A DNA stretch of 64,000 bases from an uncultured Gemmatimonadales bacterium (GTDB taxonomy: Bacteria; Gemmatimonadota; Gemmatimonadetes; Longimicrobiales; Longimicrobiaceae). Position 1 is the first letter of the stretch; every line of letters starts with the position of its first letter. Both the position numbers and the translations under genes were made by a program. The notes beneath the pieces are model-generated. The model was given only the letters and a program-made list of their open reading frames with translations. It was not told the DNA's origin and did not search any database. The DNA lies in assembly GCA_963716255.1 (NCBI GenBank), contig OY970303.1, forward strand, positions 1,888,001-1,952,000, in the 5' to 3' direction. Below, in pieces: positions 50,635-60,127 of the stretch.

Positions 50635-51839
50635 GTTCTCTTCACCTCGGTCAGGAGTCGGTCCACGTCGCGCGAGAGCGCCACGAGGTCGGCGCGGTCG
50701 CCCTTCGCCCACTCGCCGCGGACGGTGCGGGCGGCCTCGCGGCCCACGGGAAGGCGGGTGCCCAGGCGCTCCAGCAGCTCGCCCTCGCCGCCGGGGTCGC
50801 GCGGCCCGGCGCGCCCCAGGCGGCGCGCCAGCCCGGCGAGGAGGAGCCGCCGCGCGGTGGCGCGGGCGCCGGCCTGCCGGTACGCGCCCGCCAGCGCCTC
50901 CACGTGCTCCAGCGGCGAGCGGCGGCGCACGGGGGGCGGGGGGAGGGGAGCACCGAAGCGCCACCCCGCGGCCAGCAGGAGGAGCAGGCCGGCGAGGCCC
51001 AGCTGGAGCGCCATGTGCCCGGCGGGCTGCTCGCGCAGGAAGCGCAGCGTGGCGGACACGGCGCTGCCGCCGCCGTGGTAGCCCTGGTGGTACTCGTCGA
51101 AGCGCAGGGTGTCGCCCGGCGCGGCCCGGAGGGTGTCGCCCCCGGACGCGGAGATCGCGGCCATGCGGGCGAAGGCGTGCGCGGCGCCGCTCTCGCGGAG
51201 CGAGCGGTTGCGCAGCGGCTCCGCGTCGCTCCAGGCGATCACGCGGCCCCTTCCCATCCCGAACGCCAGCACCGTGGCGTCGCCACCGGAGGTGGTGAAC
51301 AGCGGGTCCGCGCCGTGCCGCTCGAACGCGGCGGAGCTGTCCGCGAAGGCCCGGCGGAAGCCGCGGACGGGCCCGGTCCCCAGCGTCGCGGGGTGCATCG
51401 CGGGAGTGGCTGTCCTCCCCTCCCAGGCCGCGCGCGCCACCGCGCCGAGCGAGTCCGGCACCAGGGAGGCGAGGGCCAGGCCCAGCTCCCCCAGGGTGGG
51501 GTCGCCGGGGCGGGCGACGTAGAGGAGCGTTCCGCCGTCCTCCACCCACGCCCGCAGCGCCTTCAGCTCCGCGGGGGTGGGCGGCTGCGCCGGGGCGATG
51601 AGCACCAGCGGACCGCGCAGCGGGCCGGCGTCCACGTACGCGGCCATGCGGCGGTCCACGCGCATGCCCAGGCGCTCCAGCGTCAGGTACAGCGCCCGCG
51701 CGCCGGACTCGCCGTCGTGGAAGGTGGAGGGGCGCGGGTCCGCGCTGCCGCCATCCTGCGCGGGCGCCGCGAGGATCGCCAGCACGCCCACGATGACGAT
51801 CAGCGCCGCCATCAGCAGCCGGTCGCGCCCGCTAGCCAA
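50631..51839 (-). CDS. DUF4350 domain protein
   Basis: PST....G.RALY, WVEDGGTL, G.GRVI, FDEYHQG, R.G.P and EHVEALA..Y; start TTG 51839 or ATG 51812. Confidence 0.85.
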   Translation of the reverse strand: MASGRDRLLMAALIVIVGVLAILAAPAQDGGSADPRPSTFHDGESGARALYLTLERLGMRVDRRMAAYVDAGPLRGPLVLIAPAQPPTPAELKALRAWVEDGGTLLYVARPGDPTLGELGLALASLVPDSLGAVARAAWEGRTATPAMHPATLGTGPVRGFRRAFADSSAAFERHGADPLFTTSGGDATVLAFGMGRGRVIAWSDAEPLRNRSLRESGAAHAFARMAAISASGGDTLRAAPGDTLRFDEYHQGYHGGGSAVSATLRFLREQPAGHMALQLGLAGLLLLLAAGWRFGAPLPPPPVRRRSPLEHVEALAGAYRQAGARATARRLLLAGLARRLGRAGPRDPGGEGELLERLGTRLPVGREAARTVRGEWAKGDRADLVALSRDVDRLLTEVKRT

Positions 51840-52470
51840 GGGTGCCCCCCTGCCCCGCCGCGCGGCGCAGCCTCTCGTACCCGGGGGCGTCCAGCGGCCG
51901 GCCGCCGAAGGCCACCGGCTCGAAGCCGCGCAGGAAGTCGTCGAGCGCGCGCGCGGCGTCCGGCCTCGCCGCCGCCTCGCTGCGGTAGTCGCCCGGCGTC
52001 TTGGCGGTGTCGTAGCGCACCGCGCCGCGGGCGTCCAGCCGCAGGAGGAGCGCCTGGTAGAGCGCCAGCGCGGCGTCGCGCAGGCGCCCCTCGGCGGCGG
52101 CGCGGCGCGCCGCCGCCTCCCACTCCGCCGCCCCCCGCGGCCCCGCCCCCACGCCGGTCGGCGCGCCCGCGCGGGCGCGCCGACCGCGGCCGCGCCACGC
52201 CCCACGCGCCGCCAGGCCGAAGTGGCCGATGATGAGCAGGGCGCTCAGCGACAGGACGGCGACCATCCCCCAGAAGAGCACGGGGGCGGTGGTCTCCAGG
52301 ACCTCGAAGCGCGAGAACAGCCCGGCGATGGACGCCTGGAGCGCCTCCCAGCGGTCGGCAAGCCACCGGAGGGGGCCGGGGAGCGCGCGCGGCGCGAACT
52401 CGGGGAGGGCGTACACCTCGTCCAGCGCGCGCCGCACCTGGGGCGCGGTGGGGAGCGGGCGCCGCATCAC
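51832..52470 (-). CDS. DUF4129 domain protein
   Basis: TM plus A...AAEG..RDA...LY.ALL..L..RG.VRY...KT.GDY. Confidence 0.85.
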   Translation of the reverse strand: MMRRPLPTAPQVRRALDEVYALPEFAPRALPGPLRWLADRWEALQASIAGLFSRFEVLETTAPVLFWGMVAVLSLSALLIIGHFGLAARGAWRGRGRRARAGAPTGVGAGPRGAAEWEAAARRAAAEGRLRDAALALYQALLLRLDARGAVRYDTAKTPGDYRSEAAARPDAARALDDFLRGFEPVAFGGRPLDAPGYERLRRAAGQGGTLG

Positions 52471-52501
52471 GCGGGCATGGGGTGGATGGAGCGCCGCCGG
52501 C

Positions 52502-53311
52502 TCAGGCGGGGACGCCCAGCCGCTCCGTCGCGACCTCCAGGTCCAGCGCCTCGGTGCGCACCCGCCGGTCGTAGTACAGCACGGTGAGCGCGGCGGTCAG
52601 GAAGGGGGTGGTCAGCGCGCTGAGGAGGATGCTCAGCACGTTGTTCACGGCGCTGAACCACCCCATCGCGCCCGCCAGGGCGTCCGGGTCGCCGGAGCTC
52701 AGCATCGCGCCCGCGAGCGCGGCGCCGGTCGTGGCCCCCACCAGCATGCTGGGGATCATGATGATGATGGTGGAAACCAGCATGACGCCCAGGATGCGGA
52801 GCCACGCGCCGCTCGCCAGCTCGCGCGAGCGCGACATCGCTTCCACGGGCCCCCTGCCCTCGATGACCACCACGTGCCAGGTGGCGAAGAGCGCGATGCA
52901 CACCAGGATCCCCGGGACGACGAGCAGGACGAAGCCCAGCGCGCACAGGATCAGGAAGAGGAAGCCGGCCGCCACCCCCGGGAGCATGCGCCGCAGGCTG
53001 ACGCGGTACGCCTCGCCGCGATCGACGATGCCTCCTTCCACCGCCCGCGATGTCTCGTGGATCAGAGCGCCCCACACCAGCATCGTCCCCACGATCATCA
53101 CCGGGTACACCGCGAGGAACAGCAGGCCGAAGGACGCGGTGAACTCGGTGGTCCCTCCGGTCAGGTACCCGAACACGCCCCACAGCAGCGCCACCGGGAG
53201 GAGCGGGATGATCGCGGTGGTGAAGAAGGTGCTGAAGTGGCGGCGGTACAGCACGAAGGCGCCGTCCAGGATCTCGCCGAAGGCGAGCGGACGCAGGTGG
53301 CTCAGGGACAT
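52502..53311 (-). CDS. Multi-pass membrane protein of the MoxR operon (GDPD-membrane-domain-like)
   Basis: LRPL.FGEILDGAF.LYRRHF, AM.RS.EL..G and LYYD.RVR.E.LDL. Confidence 0.85.
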   Translation of the reverse strand: MSLSHLRPLAFGEILDGAFVLYRRHFSTFFTTAIIPLLPVALLWGVFGYLTGGTTEFTASFGLLFLAVYPVMIVGTMLVWGALIHETSRAVEGGIVDRGEAYRVSLRRMLPGVAAGFLFLILCALGFVLLVVPGILVCIALFATWHVVVIEGRGPVEAMSRSRELASGAWLRILGVMLVSTIIIMIPSMLVGATTGAALAGAMLSSGDPDALAGAMGWFSAVNNVLSILLSALTTPFLTAALTVLYYDRRVRTEALDLEVATERLGVPA

Positions 53312-53456
53312 GGGTGGCTCCGGGGTGGATGGAGGGGCAAGGACTGCAATGACGGGAACGGACGCGGACGGCAGGAAGGGAAAGAGTACCGTTCGCGGGA
53401 GGGCGTGTCAAACCGTTTACGTCCCCGGGGGAGCGCCGCGGCGCTTCGGCGCGCCC

Positions 53457-53942
53457 TCAGCGCACCAGCAGGACGAAGGGCGCGGAGCCCCCCTCGCGCA
53501 GCGTGCGGTGGTCCGGGCCCGACCACTGGAGGCGGATGCGGTGCTCGCCGGGCGGGAGGCCGGGGATGAGCCAGCGGAAGCGCCGCCCGCCCAGCGACCG
53601 GACGTCCGCGGCGCCGGCCATGAGCTCCGCCCCGCCCACGGTGGCGTGCAGGTGGTAGCGTCCCTCCGCCACCCACCCGGTGGAGTCGCGCGCCATGCGG
53701 GCCGGCGTCTCGAAGACGATGGCGAAGGGGCCGGACACCGCCGTGCCGCTCGCCGGCTCCACCACGGTGATGCGGGGCGGCGGGGGGGCCGAGCCGTCGT
53801 CGGTCTCTCCCGCGACGAAGAACACGAGGGCGAGGACGAGGGCGAGGACCGCGACGGCGCCGAAGACCCGGTCGCTGTTCGGCGGGGGGGGCGGCGCGAA
53901 CGGGGCCGCGGCGTCCGCGGCGGGTGGATCTCGATCCGGCAT
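53457..53942 (-). CDS. Hypothetical membrane-anchored Ig-like protein with His motifs
   Basis: TM followed by ITVVEP.SG..V.GP, YHLH, LPPGEHRI.L and DH. Confidence 0.7.
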   Translation of the reverse strand: MPDRDPPAADAAAPFAPPPPPNSDRVFGAVAVLALVLALVFFVAGETDDGSAPPPPRITVVEPASGTAVSGPFAIVFETPARMARDSTGWVAEGRYHLHATVGGAELMAGAADVRSLGGRRFRWLIPGLPPGEHRIRLQWSGPDHRTLREGGSAPFVLLVR

Positions 53943-54096
53943 CCTGGTCGGCGGCGGCGGGTGCGGGCCGCGCACCCGCGGCGGCCCCGGGCAAAGATAA
54001 GGGGCGCGCCCGGCCGCGCGCGAATCTTGCCCCGCTCCGCGCGGCGCGGCACCCGCGAGGTCCCGCCGCCGCCCACCGCCCCGGACCCACGCCCTC

Positions 54097-56175
54097 ATGC
54101 CCGTACGCCTCCGCCCGGCCGTCCTCGCCGCCCTGTTCCTGGCCCCGGCGCTCGCCGCCGCGCAGACGCCCGCGCCCGACACCCTGCCCGCCGTGCGGCT
54201 GGACACGCTGGCCGTGCGCGTCCTGCGCACGCCGCTGCCGCTGCTGCGGGCCCCGTACGCCGTGTCCGTGGCGGCGGGGAACGAGCTCCACCGCGCCCGG
54301 CCGGGGCTGGCGCTGGACGAGGCGCTGGGCGGGATCCCGGGAGTGCAGGTGAGCAACCGCTTCAACTACGCGGTGGGGGAGCGCATCTCGGTGCGCGGCT
54401 TCGGGGCGCGGGCGCAGTTCGGGGTGCGCGGGGTGCGCGTGCTGGTGGACGGGATCCCCGCCACCCTCCCGGACGGGCAGACCACGCTGAACCACGTGGA
54501 CCCCGGCGCGCTGGGGCGGGTGGAGGTGGTGCGCGGTCCCGCGTCGGCGCTGTACGGCAACGCCGCGGGCGGGGTGGTGCAGCTGACCACCGCGCCGCCG
54601 CCGCCGGGGCCGCTGGGTGCGGAGGGCCGGGTGACCGCCGGTGGCGACGGGCTGCTGCGGGCGCAGGGGGCGGTGGGCGGCACACGGGACGGGTGGACGT
54701 ACCGCGCCGGCGGCACGCGGCTGAGCTACGGGGGATACCGCGAGCACAGCCGCGCCGACAACACCCTGCTGCACGCGCAGGTGGGGCGCCGCGGCGCGCG
54801 CGGCGAGCTGCGCCTGGCGCTCGCCGCGGTGCGCTACGACGCGCTCAACCCCGGCTCCCTTTCCGACTCGCTGCTGCGCCTGGACCGGACGCGGGCCTTC
54901 GCGCGCAACCGGGTGCAGCGCACCGGCGAGGCGGGGCGGCAGGGGCAGGCGGGGCTCTCCTGGAGGGGCGAGACGGGGGCGGGGACGCTGGAGCTGTCCG
55001 CCCACGCCGTGGCGCGGGAGATCGACAACCCCATCCCCGCCACGGTGATCGACCTGGCGCGCCGGGGCGGCGGGGTGCGTGCCGCCTGGTCCGCCGCGCG
55101 GCCGCTGGGCGCCGGGGCGCTGCGCTGGACCGCGGGCGCGGAGGCGGAGGCGCAGCGCGACCACCGGAAGAACTTCGCCAACCTGGAGGGCGAGCGGGGC
55201 GCGCTGGAGCTGGACCAGCGCGAACGGGTGACGGGGACGGCGGCCTTCGCGCAGGTGGCGGTGCCGCTCCTGGCGCGGCTGGACGCGCTGGGGGCGCTGC
55301 GCTACGACCGCTTCCGCTTCGCGGTGGACGACCGCCTCCCCGCGACCGCGGCGAACCCCGACGACTCGGGCTCGCGGACGATGGACGCGTGGAGCCCCAC
55401 GCTGGGGGTGACGCTCGCCGCGTCGGACGCCGTTTCGCTGTACGCCAACGCCGCCACGGCCTTCGAGACGCCCACCACCACCGAGCTGGCGAACCGCCCC
55501 GGCCGCGCGGGCGGCTTCAACCCGGAACTGCGCCCGCAGCGCACCGCCTCGTACGAGGCGGGCGCCAAGGGGAGGCTGGGCGCGCGGGGCGCCTGGGAGC
55601 TGGCCGCCTACACCGCCGCCGTGCGCGACGCGCTGGTCCCCTTCGAGGTGGAGGGCGCGCCCGGGCGGCAGTTCTTCCGCAACGCGGGCTCCGCGCGCCA
55701 CCGCGGCGTGGAACTGGGCGCGTCGCTCGCGCCGGGGGCCGGGGTGACCGCGCGCCTGGCGTACGCCTTCACCGACGCGCGCTTCCGCGACTACGTGGCG
55801 GCCGGCGACACCCTGGACGGCAACCGCGTCCCCGGCGTGGCGCCGCACTCGCTGGACGCGCGGCTGGGGTGGGAGGGCGCGGCCGGCGCCTTCGCGGACG
55901 CCGAGGTGCGCCACGCTTCCGCCATCCCGGTGGACGACGCCAACCGCTTCCGCTCGCCCGCGTACACGGTGGCCGACCTGCGCGCGGGGTGGCAGGACGC
56001 GCGCCTGGGCCGCCTCCGCGCGACGCCGTTCCTGGGCGTCACCAACCTGTTCGGCGCCGAGTACAACACTTCGGTGGTGGTGAACGCCTTCGGGCGGCGC
56101 TTCTTCGAGCCGGGACCCGGGCGGACGCTGTACGCGGGGATGAGTGTGGGGATGGGGGGTTGGAAGCCGCGGTAG
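54097..56175 (+). CDS. TonB-dependent receptor (YncD-like)
   Basis: RFNYA...RISVRGFGAR..FGVRGVR.LVDGIP.T.PDGQ, FETPT..EL and FFEP.PGR. Confidence 0.92.
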   Translation: MPVRLRPAVLAALFLAPALAAAQTPAPDTLPAVRLDTLAVRVLRTPLPLLRAPYAVSVAAGNELHRARPGLALDEALGGIPGVQVSNRFNYAVGERISVRGFGARAQFGVRGVRVLVDGIPATLPDGQTTLNHVDPGALGRVEVVRGPASALYGNAAGGVVQLTTAPPPPGPLGAEGRVTAGGDGLLRAQGAVGGTRDGWTYRAGGTRLSYGGYREHSRADNTLLHAQVGRRGARGELRLALAAVRYDALNPGSLSDSLLRLDRTRAFARNRVQRTGEAGRQGQAGLSWRGETGAGTLELSAHAVAREIDNPIPATVIDLARRGGGVRAAWSAARPLGAGALRWTAGAEAEAQRDHRKNFANLEGERGALELDQRERVTGTAAFAQVAVPLLARLDALGALRYDRFRFAVDDRLPATAANPDDSGSRTMDAWSPTLGVTLAASDAVSLYANAATAFETPTTTELANRPGRAGGFNPELRPQRTASYEAGAKGRLGARGAWELAAYTAAVRDALVPFEVEGAPGRQFFRNAGSARHRGVELGASLAPGAGVTARLAYAFTDARFRDYVAAGDTLDGNRVPGVAPHSLDARLGWEGAAGAFADAEVRHASAIPVDDANRFRSPAYTVADLRAGWQDARLGRLRATPFLGVTNLFGAEYNTSVVVNAFGRRFFEPGPGRTLYAGMSVGMGGWKPR

Positions 56176-56207
56176 GGTCCGGACGATCTCATTGACTCAC
56201 GTAGTTA

Positions 56208-57198
56208 ACGCGATGTGCAGGTTTCGGTGAGAAGAGGTCCATGGCAGGGAACCGGCAGGACCAAGTGGTTGCGACGCCGCTTGATCCCTGTGCAGGAGCA
56301 CCACCATGGACCTCGAGACCTTCCTCACCGCCGTGTACTGCCTGACAGACGACTTCCTCGCGGGGCAGAAGCTACGCCAGCGGGGACCCCAGCCAACGCT
56401 CTGCGACAGCGAGGTGCTGACCATGGAGATCGCGGGCGAGTTCCTGGGGATCGACACCGATACAGGGCTCTTCCGCTACTTCCGCCGGCACCACGCGGTG
56501 CTGTTTCCGAAGCTGCAAACCGTGCACCGCACCACCTTCACTCGCCAGGCGGCGAACCTCTGGGCCGTCAAGCGGGCCCTCTGGCAGCACCTTCTCGGCG
56601 TGGTGGAGCACGCCCCCTGGCTGGTGGTGCTGGACAGCTTGCCAGTGCCGGTCTGCCGCTTCGCCCGAGCGACCTTCTGCCAGCGCTTGCGGGACATCTC
56701 GGCTTACGGGCACGATCCCGTGGCCCGGCAGACTTTCTTCGGACTGCGCGCACACCTCAGGATCAGTTGGCCAGGCATCATCAGCGCGTTCGACCTGGCA
56801 CCTGCCAACGTCGCTGATTCGGTGATGGCACCCGAGATCCTGGACCGTGTCCAAGGGTGGGCACTTGGAGACCGGGCCTACTGGAGCCCACCTCTGCGCG
56901 AGGATCTCGCCGCGCGGGCCCTGCGGTTACTGGCGCCCTTCCGAAGCAAGAAGCACGAGAGGGAGCCCTGGCCGTTCTGGTTGTTGATCAAGCGGCGCCG
57001 AATCGAGACTGTCATCGCTCAGCTCGTCGAGCGCTTCCACCTGGCACGCGTCTGGGCACGAGACGGCTGGCATCTGTGCTCACGCATGCTCCGCAAGATC
57101 CTCAGCCACACCGTTGCTGTCCTGCTCTGCCAGTGTGCTGGATTAGCGCCTCTGCGCTTCGATGCGCTGCTCGATTCCTGAAAACCTGCACATCGCGT
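56208..57198 (+). mobile_element. IS982-family insertion sequence (991 bp)
   Basis: 17-bp perfect terminal inverted repeats ACGCGATGTGCAGGTTT; 6-bp target duplication TAGTTA (56202-56207, 57199-57204). Confidence 0.92.
56306..57181 (+). CDS. IS982-family DDE transposase
   Basis: DSEVLT, DSLPVPVC, FFGLRAH, GDRAY and RRRIETV; AGGAG RBS. Confidence 0.92.
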   Translation: MDLETFLTAVYCLTDDFLAGQKLRQRGPQPTLCDSEVLTMEIAGEFLGIDTDTGLFRYFRRHHAVLFPKLQTVHRTTFTRQAANLWAVKRALWQHLLGVVEHAPWLVVLDSLPVPVCRFARATFCQRLRDISAYGHDPVARQTFFGLRAHLRISWPGIISAFDLAPANVADSVMAPEILDRVQGWALGDRAYWSPPLREDLAARALRLLAPFRSKKHEREPWPFWLLIKRRRIETVIAQLVERFHLARVWARDGWHLCSRMLRKILSHTVAVLLCQCAGLAPLRFDALLDS

Positions 57199-57273
57199 TA
57201 GTTAGAGCCATATTATCGGGGAAGGCTCGTGATCCGCCGTCTGCGTCCGCCGCCCCTCACGCCCGGAGGAAGC

Positions 57274-57780
57274 ATGTCCATCCCCAGGAGGCTCGCCTGC
57301 GCGCTCGCCGCCACCGCCCTGGTCTCGGCCGCCGCCTGCGATCGCTCGCCGACGTCGGCGAGCGGGGTCGGTCCCGCCGACGCTCCGTCGCTCGCCACCA
57401 ACATCTCGGTGGTCTGCGGTCTCCAGTCGGTTCCCACCGGGTACGTGATCCTCTACTACACGAGCAGCTTCGGCTGCCCCTACTACTCCGCCACGAACGC
57501 CAAGGTGATCGGCCTTCCCGGCTCGCCGGAGACGGCGTGCAGCAACTCGTCGGTCCCCTCGGGCCGGGTCATCACCAGCTACGGCCAGAACCCGAGCTGC
57601 CTCTACTACTCCGCGCTCTCGTTCAACACCTTCACAATCAAGATCCCGGGCAGCCTGGAAACGGTCTGCTACGACTCGCCCGTCCCGTCCGGCTACAGTG
57701 TCGTCTCCTACGGCAGCAGCCCGAGCTGTCTCCACTACTCCTCGGGAACGAACAACACCAAGACGATCCGGCGGATCTGA
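57274..57780 (+). CDS. Lipoprotein with three tandem Cys-pair repeats
   Basis: GGAGG RBS, lipobox AAAC, three units of about 40 aa, C-x4-VP(S/T)G-x11-C. Confidence 0.8.
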   Translation: MSIPRRLACALAATALVSAAACDRSPTSASGVGPADAPSLATNISVVCGLQSVPTGYVILYYTSSFGCPYYSATNAKVIGLPGSPETACSNSSVPSGRVITSYGQNPSCLYYSALSFNTFTIKIPGSLETVCYDSPVPSGYSVVSYGSSPSCLHYSSGTNNTKTIRRI

Positions 57781-57859
57781 CCTTGCGACTTTGACGACGG
57801 GTCCAGGGGTGGGGTGGGGGGATGCGAGCCGCGGCAGGGGTGGAGCGCGCCCCGGAGGG

Positions 57860-57911
57860 CCCCCACCCGGCGGCCTGAGAGCCGCCACCCTCCCCCAATT
57901 CTGGGGGAGGG
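57860..57911 (+). repeat. REP-like family D palindrome
   Basis: CCCCCACCCGGCGG...GCCACCCTCCCCCAATTCTGGGGGAGGG, close to 30339. Confidence 0.8.
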
Positions 57912-57990
57912 CTTGTTGTCGGGGCCGGGGTGGGCGCGAGGCCCGATGGGCGGTGCGTCGTGCGGTTAGCCGTTCCGCAGTACCCCTCAA

Positions 57991-58131
57991 ATCTTCTGCG
58001 GAGGGAGACTCACGCAGGCTGTATCGCGTGAGGCTCCCGAAGCCGGAGCGGAGACCCGGGGGAAGTTTCCCGGGGCTCCGCGACCCGCGCAGGAGACGGA
58101 CGGCTGTATCGTCCGGCTCCGGAGCGGCCCC
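57991..58131 (+). repeat. Structured intergenic repeat family B
   Basis: Three GAGAC...GGCTC hairpins, preceded by GTTCCGCAGTACCC. Confidence 0.9.
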
Positions 58132-58163
58132 ACACGCAGAAACCCGTTCAGATCACCAGATCC

Positions 58164-59840
58164 TCACTTACGACCCGAATGCTCGTCGTGCAGCAGGATG
58201 TTGAGCACCAGCAGCACCCCTCCCACCACCGCCGCCAGGAAGAGCAGGATCGCCAGCCCCGGGTAGCCCAGGATGCGGAAGCTCGTCTCCACGCGCATCA
58301 TCAGCGCCGCCCCCAGGATCAGGGCCGCCAGCACCAGCCCCAGCGTGATGCGGTTTGCGATCTTCTGCAGCCCCGCCATGAGCTGCGTCTCGTCGATGGC
58401 GTCCACCCCGATACGGAACTGGTTCTCCGCCATGTTCTCGAGGATGGTGTTCAGCCGCCGCGGCAGCCGCTGCACCAGCTCGTTGGTCTCCAGCAGCGTG
58501 GAGAACATGGCCGCGGGCGAGGCCTGCTTGAGCATCCGCTGGCGCATGATCTCGGCGGCGCTGCGGCGGATGGAGGCGTTGGGATCGAAATCCGGGTCCA
58601 GCGTGCGCCCCACCTGGTCCAGCGCGAACAGCGTCTTCCCCAGCGTGGACAGCTCGGCCGGGAGGAGGATGCCGTTCTCGGCGGCGGCGCGCGTCATCTC
58701 CATCACGATGCGCCCCACCTGGATGTCGCGCGCGGTGGCGCCCTGCATGCCGGTGACCAGCGCGGTGACCTCGCGGGTGAAGCGCGCCTCGTCCATCCCG
58801 GTGCGCGTGGTGCCGATGCGCACGGCGGTGTCGGCGGCCTCCTCGCCGCGCCCCTCGCTCACCGACAGGAGCAGCTTGAGCAGGCGCTCCTGCATCTCCG
58901 GCGCGACGCGCCCCACCATCCCCACGTCGATCAGACCGATGCGGAAGTCCGGGGTGATGAACACGTTGCCGGGGTGCGGGTCGGCGTGGAAGAAGCCGTC
59001 CACCAGGATCTGCTGGAGGTAGGCGCGGAACAGCTCCTCGGCCAGCGCGCTGCCGTCCATCTCCATGCGCGCCAGCGGGCTGAGCTGGGTGACCTTTTTC
59101 CCCGGCACGTACCCCATGGTGAGCACGCGCGAGGTGGTGTAGTCCTGCACCGCGCGGGGCACCACGATGCGGGCGAAGTCGCGCAGGTTCTCGCCCAGCG
59201 TCGCGAGGTTCTGCGCCTCGGTGCGGTAGTCCAGCTCGGCGAGCAGCGTCTTCCGGAACTCGACGAGGAGGTCGGCGGCCCCGTAGCGCCTGCCGGCCCG
59301 GGTGTGGCGGTCCAGGAACTCGGCGATGTCCTCCAGCGCGTCCAGGTCGGTGACGATCTGCTCGCGGATCCCGGGGCGCTGCACCTTGACGGCCACCTCG
59401 GTGCCGTCGCGCAGGCGGGCGCGGTGCACCTGCCCCAGCGAGGCGGCGGCCAGCGGCTCCGGGTCGAAGTCCATGAACGCCCTGGACATGCGCACGCCCA
59501 GCTCGGTGGTGACGATGCGCTCCACCTCGGCGTAGGGGAACGGGGCCACGTCGTCCTGGAGCCGGGAGAGCGCCTCCACGTACGGCGCGGGGAGGAGGTC
59601 GGCGCGGGTGGAAAGGAGCTGGCCCAGCTTGATGTAGGTGGGGCCCAGGCGCTCCAGGTCGTCGGCCAGCTCGCCGGCCACGGTCGTGTGATCGGCGGGG
59701 GCGGTGAGGTCTTCGCCCTCCTCGCGCAGGATGTCCTCCATCCCGGCGTCGCGAACCAGGTCGGAGCGGCCGTACTTCACCAGGAGTCTGCCGATTTCTA
59801 CGTATCTCTTCAGGTGCTCGCCGCGCAGCGAGATCGCCAT
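58164..59840 (-). CDS. AarF/UbiB (ABC1) family kinase
   Basis: LGPTYIKLGQ, AAASLGQVH, VAVKVQRP, FFHADPHPGN and IDVGMVG; ATG 59840. Confidence 0.95.
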   Translation of the reverse strand: MAISLRGEHLKRYVEIGRLLVKYGRSDLVRDAGMEDILREEGEDLTAPADHTTVAGELADDLERLGPTYIKLGQLLSTRADLLPAPYVEALSRLQDDVAPFPYAEVERIVTTELGVRMSRAFMDFDPEPLAAASLGQVHRARLRDGTEVAVKVQRPGIREQIVTDLDALEDIAEFLDRHTRAGRRYGAADLLVEFRKTLLAELDYRTEAQNLATLGENLRDFARIVVPRAVQDYTTSRVLTMGYVPGKKVTQLSPLARMEMDGSALAEELFRAYLQQILVDGFFHADPHPGNVFITPDFRIGLIDVGMVGRVAPEMQERLLKLLLSVSEGRGEEAADTAVRIGTTRTGMDEARFTREVTALVTGMQGATARDIQVGRIVMEMTRAAAENGILLPAELSTLGKTLFALDQVGRTLDPDFDPNASIRRSAAEIMRQRMLKQASPAAMFSTLLETNELVQRLPRRLNTILENMAENQFRIGVDAIDETQLMAGLQKIANRITLGLVLAALILGAALMMRVETSFRILGYPGLAILLFLAAVVGGVLLVLNILLHDEHSGRK

Positions 59841-59933
59841 GTTTCTGCCTTCCGCGAGGTCTGTGTGGGTCCGGGAATACGGACGTTCCAACGCAGGAAG
59901 CGTGCGCGGGAAGATAGCATGGCGTCGGGGGCG

Positions 59934-60063
59934 GGGGGCCGCTGCGGAGCCGGACGATACTGCCGTCCGTCTCCTGCGCGGGCTCCGGGAGCCACCGGAA
60001 ACCGCCCCGGTGTCTCCCTTCGCCGGAGTGAGCCTCGCCAAACAGCCGGCGAGTCTCCCTCCG
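59934..60063 (-). repeat. Structured intergenic repeat family B
   Basis: Reverse-complement copy; GTTCCCGCAGTACCCC leader at about 60075-60090. Confidence 0.88.
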
Positions 60064-60127
60064 AACAGACTCTGGGGGTACTGCGGGAACGGCGACGGCT
60101 CGCGTACGTCGGCGTCTCGCCGCTTCG

